Source: an uncultured delta proteobacterium
GTDB taxonomy: Bacteria > Desulfobacterota > Binatia > UBA9968
NCBI GenBank assembly: GCA_963728565.1
Contig: CAVSLC010000010.1
Location: forward strand, 128,001 to 192,000
Direction of reading: 5' to 3'
DNA length: 64,000 bases
Part shown: positions 20,858-30,134 of the stretch, piece after piece
Numbering within the stretch: position 1 is the stretch's first letter
Layout of the letters: each line of letters begins with the position of its first letter
Position numbers and translations under genes: made by a program
The notes under the pieces: model-generated
Told to the model about the DNA's origin: nothing
Database searches by the model: none
The model's input: the letters and a program-made list of their open reading frames with translations, nothing else

Positions 20858-21532
20858 TTACTGAATGAATTTCTTACCTATCCGATAAAACAGCAGGTAA
20901 AAGGACAGCATCGCGTAGTTATAGAAGAAATCCTCCAGCGGAATAGTCCCGATACGCAATCCCCAAATCGCCTTGCTGTTGTACTCAACCACAGGAAGCG
21001 CCGTCAGCACCGTATTGATGATTAGGAAGGGCACATAACAGATCGCCAACCAGATCCAATACTGTTTGCTTTCGAGGAGCGGCCGATCGAGCAAGAGTGC
21101 GATCATGAGAAAAAAACCGCAGGAGGCCAATGCCTTGGTGGTGTAGCCTTGCGGATAGAAGGCGAGGCTCGACGCAAGTAGAGCGAGCATCATCGCGATG
21201 ATTACACTCGCCGGCAGTCTGAATTTGCTGCTTTTCGTTGCATACAGCACAACCTCATAGATGAATAAGCAGCTATACGGAACAGTGATAAAAAACAGAA
21301 CTTCTTCGAGAGGAATGTTGAGAATCTGCACGCCGGTCAAGTATTTGGCGTTGAAGCTCCACTCGCCGCGTGCGGTAACCAGTATATCCCACAGCAAATA
21401 GCAGGTGCTCACCACGGCGATCGAAAAACCCAACGCCGCCAACCGACGATAATAGGCGGTACGCTTGTCCGGTGTGTACCATGCAGGTACGGCGATGATG
21501 CAGAGATTTAACACCAAATAGGTTAGTGACAT
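20858..21532 (-). CDS. Membrane lycopene cyclase (fused CrtYc/CrtYd type)
   Basis: Two repeats: WD...W.FN...IPLEEVLFF and IPLEDFFY; hydrophobic throughout. Confidence 0.85.
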   Translation of the reverse strand: MSLTYLVLNLCIIAVPAWYTPDKRTAYYRRLAALGFSIAVVSTCYLLWDILVTARGEWSFNAKYLTGVQILNIPLEEVLFFITVPYSCLFIYEVVLYATKSSKFRLPASVIIAMMLALLASSLAFYPQGYTTKALASCGFFLMIALLLDRPLLESKQYWIWLAICYVPFLIINTVLTALPVVEYNSKAIWGLRIGTIPLEDFFYNYAMLSFYLLFYRIGKKFIQ

Positions 21533-21557
21533 TTAGGTTCCGAGATTAGCTGAAGCT

Positions 21558-23072
21558 CTAAGCGAAGATTCCCCGCGTCGGCACCGATCGTACCGGTTCC
21601 TCCTGGAGGCCGTGCTTGGTCAGAATGCTGTTGGCGCACATAATCCCGGACGTGTAAGCTCCTTCCATCAGCATTGCCGGAGTGCCCGTCTTTACCCAAT
21701 CGCCCGCGAGATAAAGGTTCGGTATTGCGGTTGTGAACTCCGGTCTGCTCTTGTTCAGGTTTGTATAGAATGCGGTAAAATCATGCCGGATTTGAAGATG
21801 ATCGTAGATTGTTTTGGCATCTCGAAGCTCAGGGAAATAGAAATGAAGTTCGGCCAGAAAAGCCGCCTTCACCTGCTTTTCCGACAGTGTGCCGGAGGGC
21901 AGCGCATAGCAGTGCAGCTCGTAAACGCCGCCGCCGGTACCCTGCGCCCACGCAGCCGAGCTTCCGTCGAATTGATGGTAGAAAGTAACCGAGTCGAGAA
22001 CGTCATGCTTCTCGGTAATGATAAATACCGGTAACTCGTCGGCGGTTCTTTTGTTTAGCCATATCCGGTACACGGCATAGCCGCCGGAAGCCTTCAACGA
22101 CATCAATTCCGAGTGGGTCTTTTCCGAAGCTGTCCGGATCCACGGAGAGTTTGCGCAGATGCTTTTTGTTCCGACCACATCGGATGCTAGAATCAGGTAA
22201 TCGAACGGCTCCGATTCGACGATGAACGTGTCATTGTCGAGCCGCGTTTCCTGCACACCCCGGTTTAGTTTGATCGAGACATTGTATTGATTTAGATGCC
22301 GGGTTGCCGGTTGGATTAATGCCTCTTGATAGTCGGTGTCGAAATAATCATAAAGCAGGCCATGATTGTGGCTGAGGTAGAAAAAATGAAAACTTTTCAT
22401 CAACTCGGCTGTACTCAGCTTGTCTGCCGGGGCGAAGAAAGCTCTGGCGAATGTATTAAAAATCAATTGCAGAGATTGCGGTAGACTCGCTTCCCTTGAG
22501 AACTCTGCGAAGCTGCTGGAGTCGTATTTGGCAAAAGTTTTTACTGCATCGTATTCCAGGAACTCGCCCATCCTCCAGCTTGGCGGGCTGAACAACACAT
22601 CGCGAAATTTGAAAAATTTATTTCTGCCCAAGGACAAGATATTCAGCACCGGCGTGGTCTCGACGTCCTTGAAACTAAAATGTCTTCCGTCTCTGGCCAA
22701 AACCAGGTAGTCGGCGATGGTTTTCAGATGTTCGGTTGCGCCGATCTTTTCCATGAACGAACGTAAGTTGTAGTAGTGCCGGAAAAATGCGTGAAAGCCG
22801 TGGTCGACCTTGGTAATATTGCCGTCTTGGAACGGAACATCCCAGCAGCCGACTTTGCCGCCGAGATAATGATTGCGCTCGAACAAGGTCACTTGGAATC
22901 CTCGCTCCCCGAGCAAGGATGCCGCGCCGATTCCAGCCAGCCCACCGCCCACGACAGCAACTTTTTTGGCTGACTGAACGGATTGGGGTTTAGTCGGATC
23001 GGGTTGGTTGATGACGATGCTATAACCGCTAAGTTTGCTTTTTATTTTCGACCGCAAAAAGCTTCTAAGCAT
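21558..23072 (-). CDS. crtU: Carotenoid desaturase/methyltransferase (isorenieratene synthase-like)
   Basis: FAD motif VVGGGLAG; HGFHAFFRHYYNLR, STAELMKSFH, YELHCYA and LAGDWVK.G.PAMLMEGA..SG..AN match actinobacterial-type CrtU; adjacent to a lycopene cyclase. Confidence 0.8.
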   Translation of the reverse strand: MLRSFLRSKIKSKLSGYSIVINQPDPTKPQSVQSAKKVAVVGGGLAGIGAASLLGERGFQVTLFERNHYLGGKVGCWDVPFQDGNITKVDHGFHAFFRHYYNLRSFMEKIGATEHLKTIADYLVLARDGRHFSFKDVETTPVLNILSLGRNKFFKFRDVLFSPPSWRMGEFLEYDAVKTFAKYDSSSFAEFSREASLPQSLQLIFNTFARAFFAPADKLSTAELMKSFHFFYLSHNHGLLYDYFDTDYQEALIQPATRHLNQYNVSIKLNRGVQETRLDNDTFIVESEPFDYLILASDVVGTKSICANSPWIRTASEKTHSELMSLKASGGYAVYRIWLNKRTADELPVFIITEKHDVLDSVTFYHQFDGSSAAWAQGTGGGVYELHCYALPSGTLSEKQVKAAFLAELHFYFPELRDAKTIYDHLQIRHDFTAFYTNLNKSRPEFTTAIPNLYLAGDWVKTGTPAMLMEGAYTSGIMCANSILTKHGLQEEPVRSVPTRGIFA

Positions 23073-23107
23073 CGGTGTGAAATCCTGAGAGCGCGCCCGC
23101 CGATGTG

Positions 23108-24211
23108 CTAATTGAGCGGTTGGTCAGTTGCCTGGCGCCGAACTAGTTCCTGTACGCGGCGGATGGCGCGGTTGACTTCGAACGGCTGGCGCAGCGGCTC
23201 CTGGTCGAAGGCTGCCTGTTCGTCCTCGATCATTATGACATCCTGACGAACTAGATTCGCCAGCAATTTCTTAGCGACATTGCTAAGAGCGCGCTTCAAA
23301 AGGCGTCGAATGGCAACAGGCGCATGATTCAAGCCTTTGAACTTGGCCAGGGATGTGTAGTGAATAAGGTAGGCATGGGTTGAACGCTCGTTGACCGGGC
23401 AAATGAGACAGTAGATCTTGAAGTCCTCTCCAAGCGCCGATTTCCAGTTGGGATACTCATAGGTGACGGTTAGAGGAACCGGATGAAGCTTTCGGAGTGA
23501 CGGGATGAACAGCTGGAGAATGGAGCCGAGATCTTTTACCTCGTAGTACGTGGTGGCTTGGTAAGTTGCCGAAACCTGTTTTTCGTCTTCAACCACTTCC
23601 TTGAGCGATTCGGCGGTCCATACCTGGTACTGCGCATGCAAGCTGCCGTGGTACATGTCCATCAAATTTTCGATGAGGTAGGAAAAATGAGCTCGAGTCC
23701 TCAACGTCACAAAGCTGGAGATTTCATTGAGGTCATCCCATTCGTTCATTTCCATAGGGGCAGTCATATCAGACAACGCCGGGTTGCCCGGAAATATCCA
23801 GACGAAACCGTGTTTTTCCACTACCGGAAACGATCGAACTGCACAGTTTGGCAAAGTCGTTCTGGATCCCAGGTGCGGAATATGGACACAGCGACCGGCG
23901 CCGTTGAACTGCCAGCCATGATAGGCGCACTCGATCCTGTCGTCTTTCACCCGTCCGCGGCTTAATCTCACGAGCCGGTGCGCGCAGCGGTCTTCCAATG
24001 CGCGCATCTCGCCCTGTCGCGTTCTGAAGAGCACGACCGGCTGTTTCCAAATCTCCCGCCGCACCGGTCGTTGGTGAATCTCCGACGACATCGCGATCAT
24101 GTACCAAAGATTGCAATTGATTCCCGCTCGCCGGATCGGGCCGTTAAATTGCGCATGGGGCTCAACGTAGGTACTGATCTCTGGCTTCACGTGGTCGCGG
24201 CTCCGAAGCAT
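23108..24211 (-). CDS. Rieske non-haem iron oxygenase, CruH-like (aromatic carotenoid C18 hydroxylase)
   Basis: Rieske motif DRCAH...ECAYHGW; mononuclear Fe motif ENLMDMYHGSLH; C-terminal LGEDFKIYCLICPVNE...AYLIHYTSL resembles cyanobacterial CruH (from recall); located in a carotenoid operon. Confidence 0.75.
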   Translation of the reverse strand: MLRSRDHVKPEISTYVEPHAQFNGPIRRAGINCNLWYMIAMSSEIHQRPVRREIWKQPVVLFRTRQGEMRALEDRCAHRLVRLSRGRVKDDRIECAYHGWQFNGAGRCVHIPHLGSRTTLPNCAVRSFPVVEKHGFVWIFPGNPALSDMTAPMEMNEWDDLNEISSFVTLRTRAHFSYLIENLMDMYHGSLHAQYQVWTAESLKEVVEDEKQVSATYQATTYYEVKDLGSILQLFIPSLRKLHPVPLTVTYEYPNWKSALGEDFKIYCLICPVNERSTHAYLIHYTSLAKFKGLNHAPVAIRRLLKRALSNVAKKLLANLVRQDVIMIEDEQAAFDQEPLRQPFEVNRAIRRVQELVRRQATDQPLN

Positions 24212-24269
24212 GAAAGATAGACAGAATTGCTCTCCCGCACAAGTAACCGAGCCGAAGCGAAAATGAGAG

Positions 24270-25562
24270 TTACTTTGCCGGCGCTCTTAGGAAGAGGCTT
24301 AGGAACGCCGAGGCGAACAGCATGGCGATGAAGATGCTGAAGGAGAGGGAATAGCTCTGCGTGGCGTCGAACAGCAGACCGAAGAACGGCGGACCGCCGG
24401 CGGAAAATGCGCTGGTGATCAAAGAGCCCATGCCGCGGATTCGGCCCAGCGAGATGCGCCCGAAGTAATTGGCCCAAATCATCTCCGCCAAGATCGAGGT
24501 TCCACCCATGCCGATGCCGTAAAGAAAAAAGCCGGCATAGAGGGAAACAACTCCGGGATCGGAAAGCGCCAACAGAATGCCGAACGCTTGAATCAAAAAC
24601 TTCGCCATGATCAGCCTGGCGACGTTTGCGCGTTCGGCAAGCACTCCCCAGACCATGGGTGTGCTGAACTGCATCACAGCAATGATGCTCATTACCAGCG
24701 CTGCCACCATAGCCGGATGGCCTTGATCGCTGACATAGGAAAAGACGTGAAGGTTAAGGCCGGTCACGCCCACGTGGGCAACTCCGAAGGTGGTGACAAT
24801 GAGCCAGAAGGCGCGGGTGCGCAGTGCTTCACCACGGCTCCAGGTCACGTCCTCTGCCGGGCGCCGTCGCGATTTCAACTTGTTTGATTGCTCGGCGGGC
24901 ACGCTGTCGCTTTCACCGGTGGATCTGCCATCCGGCAAAAGACCCATGTCTTCCGGGCGCCGCCGCATGAGCAGTAACGAAGGAGCGACCACCAGCGCGA
25001 GCGTTATCACGCCGAAGACGACCCATGCGCCGCGCCAGCCGACGTAGAGGATGAGCGAGGCCGCCAGCAACGGCATACAGACTTTGGCTAAGCCGTGCCC
25101 CATGCCGGCAAGGGCGAGAGCGCGGCCGCGCATGCGCACGAACCATTGGGAGATTGAAACATTCACGACCATGGAGCCCATGAGCGTGTCGCCCGGACTG
25201 ATAAGGATCCAGCGAACGATTGCAAACTGCCAAAAATCCCGCGCCTGACCCAGCAGTAAAAAGCCCGCTCCCGACACCAACCCGCCCGCGGCTATAAGCC
25301 ACCTTCCGCCATGCCGATCCAATAGAGAACCGACCAACGGCGCTGCCACCGCGCCAATGAGTATTTCTCCGGATCGGATCAGGGAGAACACGCCCCGGGA
25401 AATCCCTAGGTCCTGCGACAGTGGCTTAAGAAAAACGCTCAGGGTGCTCGATATCGAAAACGCGGATGCGATGTGCGCGAGGAAGCCGACGGCGACAATC
25501 ACCCAGCCATAAAAGATTTTTGCCTCGTTAGGTGCGAGCTTCGCGAGCTTGGACAGTGGCAC
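24270..25562 (-). CDS. MFS transporter (OFA/monocarboxylate-like)
   Basis: Motifs FYGWVIV, GSLLDRHGGR, WFVRMRGRALALA; about 12 TM segments. Confidence 0.9.
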   Translation of the reverse strand: MPLSKLAKLAPNEAKIFYGWVIVAVGFLAHIASAFSISSTLSVFLKPLSQDLGISRGVFSLIRSGEILIGAVAAPLVGSLLDRHGGRWLIAAGGLVSGAGFLLLGQARDFWQFAIVRWILISPGDTLMGSMVVNVSISQWFVRMRGRALALAGMGHGLAKVCMPLLAASLILYVGWRGAWVVFGVITLALVVAPSLLLMRRRPEDMGLLPDGRSTGESDSVPAEQSNKLKSRRRPAEDVTWSRGEALRTRAFWLIVTTFGVAHVGVTGLNLHVFSYVSDQGHPAMVAALVMSIIAVMQFSTPMVWGVLAERANVARLIMAKFLIQAFGILLALSDPGVVSLYAGFFLYGIGMGGTSILAEMIWANYFGRISLGRIRGMGSLITSAFSAGGPPFFGLLFDATQSYSLSFSIFIAMLFASAFLSLFLRAPAK

Positions 25563-25730
25563 CCCCTGCTTGTATCAAGGTTCGCAGCGAAACTCCAAAG
25601 AACCGGCTTGTTAGACATGGGGCACCAGGAAAGCAGAAGACAAATTGTTGTTAATGAAAATACCCTTCGCGCTATTCGACTGATCGAGGGCCAGGGTTTG
25701 CCGGCCGATGGTCGGGCGTCCAGGTGAGCT

Positions 25731-25805
25731 GAAATATACTGCACTTAAATAACTATAATATGTATTGTCTTATAGTTCGCTTTTGCTAGAATGAAACTAT
25801 CAGCA
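25731..25805. promoter_or_regulatory. AT-rich operator/promoter with inverted repeat AACTATAA-N11-TTATAGTT; putative BzdR/BoxR-type operator
   Basis: 8-bp arms at 25751-25758 and 25770-25777, flanked by GAAATATACTGCAC and ATGAAACTATCAGCA. Confidence 0.45.
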
Positions 25806-25819
25806 AATGGAGGTGAATA

Positions 25820-26537
25820 GTGTTCAACGACAAAGTGACTGAGAAAGGATGTGGTAAAAATGGATCCGGAATTTCAGGATTTGCTCAAGCGGGTCCTGGC
25901 GATTCAGGCCGATTGCGAGATCGGTGGGCCGCACCTGTATGTGAAAGATATTCTACCGAACGCGCCGACCAAGGCGGATCAAATCATGGTGGCGAAAACG
26001 GCTGCTGAGGAAATGGATCACTTTCGGAAGATTGCCAGGTTGGCGGGTGATATTGGGCACGACGTGTCGTATGTGCTCAGCTGGCCGAATCAGAAACGCT
26101 ATGTGGAAGCGTTTCGCGGGAAGATCAACACCTGGGAGGATTTCGCCATATTCGGCTATCTCATCGATCGCGTCGGCCGTTACCAGCTCGAGGAATTCGT
26201 TGGCTGCAGTTATCAACCGTTGGCCCAGATTCTGCCTCACATTATAAAAGAGGAGATCGGCCATGTAGGTTACGGAGGAAGTAAGGCGGCAGAACTGGCG
26301 GCCAAGGGGGATGAGAGCAGGGAGCGATTGCAAAAAGCCGTCGACTTCTGGTACCCCAAAGCGCTGGATATGTTTGGCCGCTCCGACTCGAAGCGTTCCG
26401 AGCGGTACCGGTATTGGGGACTCAAGCGCCGCAGTAACGAGCAGGCGCGCAACGAGTACATCAAAGAAGTGAATCCATTAATCGTAAAGCTGGGACTCCA
26501 GATACCTGGTGTGGAGAAAAACCGATTGCATCGATAA
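25820..26537 (+). CDS. PaaA/BoxB-like di-iron (ferritin-like) acyl-CoA epoxidase subunit; probable frameshift at about 25845
   Basis: GGAGGTG RBS before GTG 25820 (MFNDKVTEK-DVVKMDPEF). Di-iron ligands in ADCE, EEMDH, LIDRVG and EEIGH; WYPKALDMFG.SDS motif. Confidence 0.8.
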
Positions 26538-26590
26538 AAGCGAAACAGAGCGCCGGCGAATCAAATACCGCGGATCCTAGTCGGCCTTAC

Positions 26591-27454
26591 TTGGCAAAGC
26601 TCGGCCAGGAGGTCCGCAGGTTGCGCCAACTACGCGGTATAACTCTCAAACGGGTGGCGCAGCTCTCCGGGCTGAGCGATCGCTTCCTTATCGAAGTGGA
26701 GAAAGGCAAGGCCAATCCGTCTTTAGCAAGCGTGATTAACCTAGCCGATGCCCTGCAGACTTCGCTGACGGATCTTCTGCCCAGTGATAATCAAACCAAC
26801 AGGGACGATTCAAGCACGTCCGTGAGGCAGGTTTTGGCTCTTTTGAAAAACCGGCCGGATGAGCAAATCTCTCGAATCCTGAGCTGTTTGTCATCCTATT
26901 TGGACGGCTCGGAGGGCCTGCACATCTCACTTGTCGGAATGCGCGGCGCCGGGAAAACTACTGTCGGCAATATCCTGGCCCGGCGCCTAAAAGCGCCGTT
27001 TTACGAACTGGATGCGCTGATCGTTAAAGACACAGGACTTTCGCTCCGCGAGATTTTCGATTTGGAAGGGGAAAATTATTACCGGGCGGTCGAGGAAAGG
27101 ATCCTCGAGCGAGTACTGAAAAAAACTCCAGGAGTGATCGCGGCCGGCGGCGGGCTGGTGATGAATCCAAACAGCTTGCTTCGTCTGAAGCTGCATACTT
27201 TTGTGGTCTGGCTTCAGGCCGCGCCCGAGACGTTGATCGATCGCGTTCAGACCGGAAAAGACAAACGGCGCCTGAGCGCTCATCCCGATGTCCGCAAGCA
27301 GCTGCAGGCAATTCTGGATCGCAGAACGCCTCGCTACGCTCAAGCCGATTTGGTGGTGAATACTACTGACAAGTCAGCGGAGGCAATCAGCAAGACCATT
27401 CTCAACGCGTTTAGAAGCGCGGCAAGTTCCAAAGCAACTCAATCAACGAAATAA
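26591..27454 (+). CDS. BzdR/BoxR-family regulator (XRE HTH + shikimate-kinase-like domain)
   Basis: HTH SGLSDRFLIEVEKGKANPS, then GMRGAGKTTVG, EIFDLEGENYYR, AAGGG, RRTPRYAQAD. Confidence 0.88.
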   Translation: MAKLGQEVRRLRQLRGITLKRVAQLSGLSDRFLIEVEKGKANPSLASVINLADALQTSLTDLLPSDNQTNRDDSSTSVRQVLALLKNRPDEQISRILSCLSSYLDGSEGLHISLVGMRGAGKTTVGNILARRLKAPFYELDALIVKDTGLSLREIFDLEGENYYRAVEERILERVLKKTPGVIAAGGGLVMNPNSLLRLKLHTFVVWLQAAPETLIDRVQTGKDKRRLSAHPDVRKQLQAILDRRTPRYAQADLVVNTTDKSAEAISKTILNAFRSAASSKATQSTK

Positions 27455-27602
27455 GATTCGCGGCAAATACGCTCTCTCACAGCGGCCCGCAGCTATACAC
27501 TTGATTAAATCGGTTAGCCAACCCATGGGGTCAGCGATGTTATCGGTTTGAGCGAAGACTTCGCCCCTTTTCTTGCAAGTCGTTTTCCGCTAACCCTGGC
27601 CA

Positions 27603-28273
27603 ATGGCAGAAAAATTCAGCGCGGTATTAAGACATCGCAGCCAGCGAATCTGGCAGCGATTGAGCGTCATCCGTTTCTGCGTGAATTGCACGCCGGGACC
27701 TTGCCGATGGATCGGTTCACCTATTTTATCCTTCAGGATTACGTTTACCTGCTCGACTTCGCTCAAGTTCTTTGCCAGGGCGCGGCCAAGTCGCCCGACC
27801 TCGAGACGCTCGAGTTGTTTGCCCGCCATGCATTGGGGGCGGTCGAAGTTGAGCGCAGTTTTCACGCGAGTTTCGGAAAAACGCTGGGCCTATCGCGCGA
27901 ACAGCTGGACAGGGTGCGGAAGGGGCCAATCACGCAAGCGTATATCGGTCATCTACAATCGATCGCGCGTAGCGGCAGTCTCAGCGAAGTCGTCGCGGCT
28001 GTTCTTCCTTGCTACTGGATCTATGGGGAAGCCGGCCGGCGCCTGCAAAAGGGAGCGCCAAGCAAGCCAAAGATTTACCGGGAGTGGATCGAAACCTATG
28101 CTTCGGAAGATTTTTGGACGCCCGTACGGGAGCAAATTCAATTGATGGACGCACTGGGCGGCGCGGCAAAACCCGGAGAAAAAAAACTTCTCGCGAATCA
28201 TTTCATCCTCAGCAGTCGATATGAGTTTATGTTCTGGGAGCAGGCGTATCGATTGGAGCAGTGGCCGATCTAG
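27603..28273 (+). CDS. tenA: Thiaminase II / TenA; probable frameshift at about 27655
   Basis: MAEKFSAVLRHRSQRIWQ, frameshift, then AIERHPFL..L..GTL...YFILQDYVYL, LPCYWIY, WIETYAS, YEFMFW. Confidence 0.88.
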
Positions 28274-28400
28274 CAGACTGCTGAAAAAGCCTCATAAGCT
28301 TCGTTGCGCTTCAATCGCCTCGCGTCAACGTGCTGAGCGAGTACTCCTCCGCTCGTCGATTTGTCGCGCGCCTCGCTTCTGAGCCTTTCTGAGCAGCCTG
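28274..28400 (+). mobile_element. MITE-like element, copy 1 (127 bp)
   Basis: Terminal inverted repeats CAGACTGCTGAAAAA...TTTCTGAGCAGCCTG after CTAG; the interior is shared with the copies at 36463 and 63342. Confidence 0.65.
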
Positions 28401-28413
28401 TTACGCATTCTTG

Positions 28414-28806
28414 TTAATGACGTTGGGACGTTGACTGTTCGCCAATGGAGGCTTTCCGATAGCGCGCAGCGGCCATGTGGCCCGTCCCGATTGTCAGGAG
28501 CCCGAGTGCCAAGTGGATTACTTGAATGATCCAGTGAAACTCACCGGGTAATAGTGATGACTGCATCATGCCGAAGACGATCATGACCGCCCCAACGATC
28601 AACGCGCCGGCTGCGATAACCCAACTGCCGCGCGGAGCAAAGGCCTGCGCGACTCCAACTATCCAGAGCGCACCCACGGCCAAGAAGCCGAGCAGCATGT
28701 GCAAAGCCATCAGATTCAAAGCGGTCCCGGTCCAGAACAGCACCCCGGTAATCAGAGCGAGCACCCCCGCCAATGTCAGAACGGCCGATGCGATGCGAAT
28801 CATCAT
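28414..28806 (-). CDS. Small 4-TM membrane protein with His residues in the helices
   Basis: Hydrophobic helices with LHMLLG, FHW.IQVIHLALG and GH. Confidence 0.7.
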   Translation of the reverse strand: MMIRIASAVLTLAGVLALITGVLFWTGTALNLMALHMLLGFLAVGALWIVGVAQAFAPRGSWVIAAGALIVGAVMIVFGMMQSSLLPGEFHWIIQVIHLALGLLTIGTGHMAAARYRKASIGEQSTSQRH

Positions 28807-29073
28807 GCTAAGACTTTTTCCTTTCGGCCCGTACTCAGATAACAATGTTTGTACGACATGAGGCGTCAATGCTCAAGAACGGGAACGCAATACTGAGTAG
28901 CTTCATTCTTCTGTCTCAGAAGTTTGAATCCTATAGTGCAGCCGGTGACTACCCAGCTAGCGGATTTCTGGCAACATGTGTGCCGCAGCGTCTGCGAGGA
29001 TCTAAAACTCGAGAAGCCCCGTTTAGCGGGGCTTCTCATGTGGGTCGGCGCTCGATCCAGGATCTTTTTACTG

Positions 29074-29769
29074 CTAATCGTTTCTGCCGCGATTGTCCCT
29101 TATCTGTCCGCGGATTTCCCCGGCGCCGAATTTTTCAGAGTGAACGTTGGCGTAAGCCGCTCCATTGCGGATGGCGCGAACGAGCTCGTCAAAGTCGCCG
29201 GCCGCAAATCCCTGCGCATCTTGGGCAAGGACGTGCGCAGGAGTAATGGTTCCGGTCACGATCCCTTCTGAGGGGCATGATGGCGTTAAGGAACGCACAG
29301 CTTCCGGGGCCTGGGTTCCGGCGGTTTGGCACAGCCAGACTATGATGCCGCCAACCGTATGGCGCTGGCCGAAATGGATGTGCGCCTGAGTCACCGGCGC
29401 TACGAGCCCCTCGTAGCTGAGCTCGTACTCAATCATGTCCGCAGGGTTATCGAGGATTGCGGTGAACCGCCCCTTGGCGGGTGTTGAAATTGCACCGCGC
29501 AGGGCAGGTGCTACCAACGGTGGTCCTGCTTGTCCGGCAACAAAAATAACCTCGTTGAAGCCGGAAAGCCTGGCTGAAAAAATTGGTTGTTTTTTTAGCG
29601 CGTCGTTCTCAGAGTAATTGCCTGTTGGCTTGTTTGAAGACATGATTTGGGCCGCCGCTATTCCAGCAAACATTACGACGGCCGCCATGATCATCGGTAT
29701 TGTTCTCACACGGCTGAAGGAGTCGCGAGTTGCGCCGAAAAAGACTTCTCTGAAGCTTCTTAACGTCAT
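29074..29769 (-). CDS. Secreted CHRD-domain protein
   Basis: Motifs LSGFNEV, QAHIHFG, YANVHSEKFGAGEIRGQI; signal-peptide-like segment. The start is uncertain. Confidence 0.85.
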   Translation of the reverse strand: MTLRSFREVFFGATRDSFSRVRTIPMIMAAVVMFAGIAAAQIMSSNKPTGNYSENDALKKQPIFSARLSGFNEVIFVAGQAGPPLVAPALRGAISTPAKGRFTAILDNPADMIEYELSYEGLVAPVTQAHIHFGQRHTVGGIIVWLCQTAGTQAPEAVRSLTPSCPSEGIVTGTITPAHVLAQDAQGFAAGDFDELVRAIRNGAAYANVHSEKFGAGEIRGQIRDNRGRND

Positions 29770-30134
29770 CGTTCTTATAATTTATTTATGTTTTTAAGAA
29801 TTTGAGTGTTGTTCCCTCCTCAGGATTGTTACGAGAGCTTTAGGTCGCTCTCACCTATGGTTTTGCCCAACCCGAGCGACGGCCCCTTTCTCCGGAAATA
29901 ACCACTAACCTTTAACCTTCCCACTTAACCCTCGTCAATCCTCCCTGAGAAGTATTTGGAAGTATTTGGCTTGGTAAGAAGTTTTTGGAGACATTTTCGT
30001 TGATGCCATTAACTTCACCGACCACGGATTTAAACCCAGGAGTCTTGTATGCGTTCGGTTCGTTATGATCATCAATTCTGGGTTTGCCTTTTCAAATGTC
30101 TGGCATTGATATAAGCAACCAGCAGGAGGACGCT

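Noticed and set aside
26591-27454. Shikimate kinase aroK
   Set aside because: The N-terminal XRE HTH and the context indicate a BzdR/BoxR regulator.
27548-27602. Upstream TTG start of tenA in the ORF track
   Set aside because: A TenA-like N-terminus starts at ATG 27603 in another frame, which a frameshift explains better.
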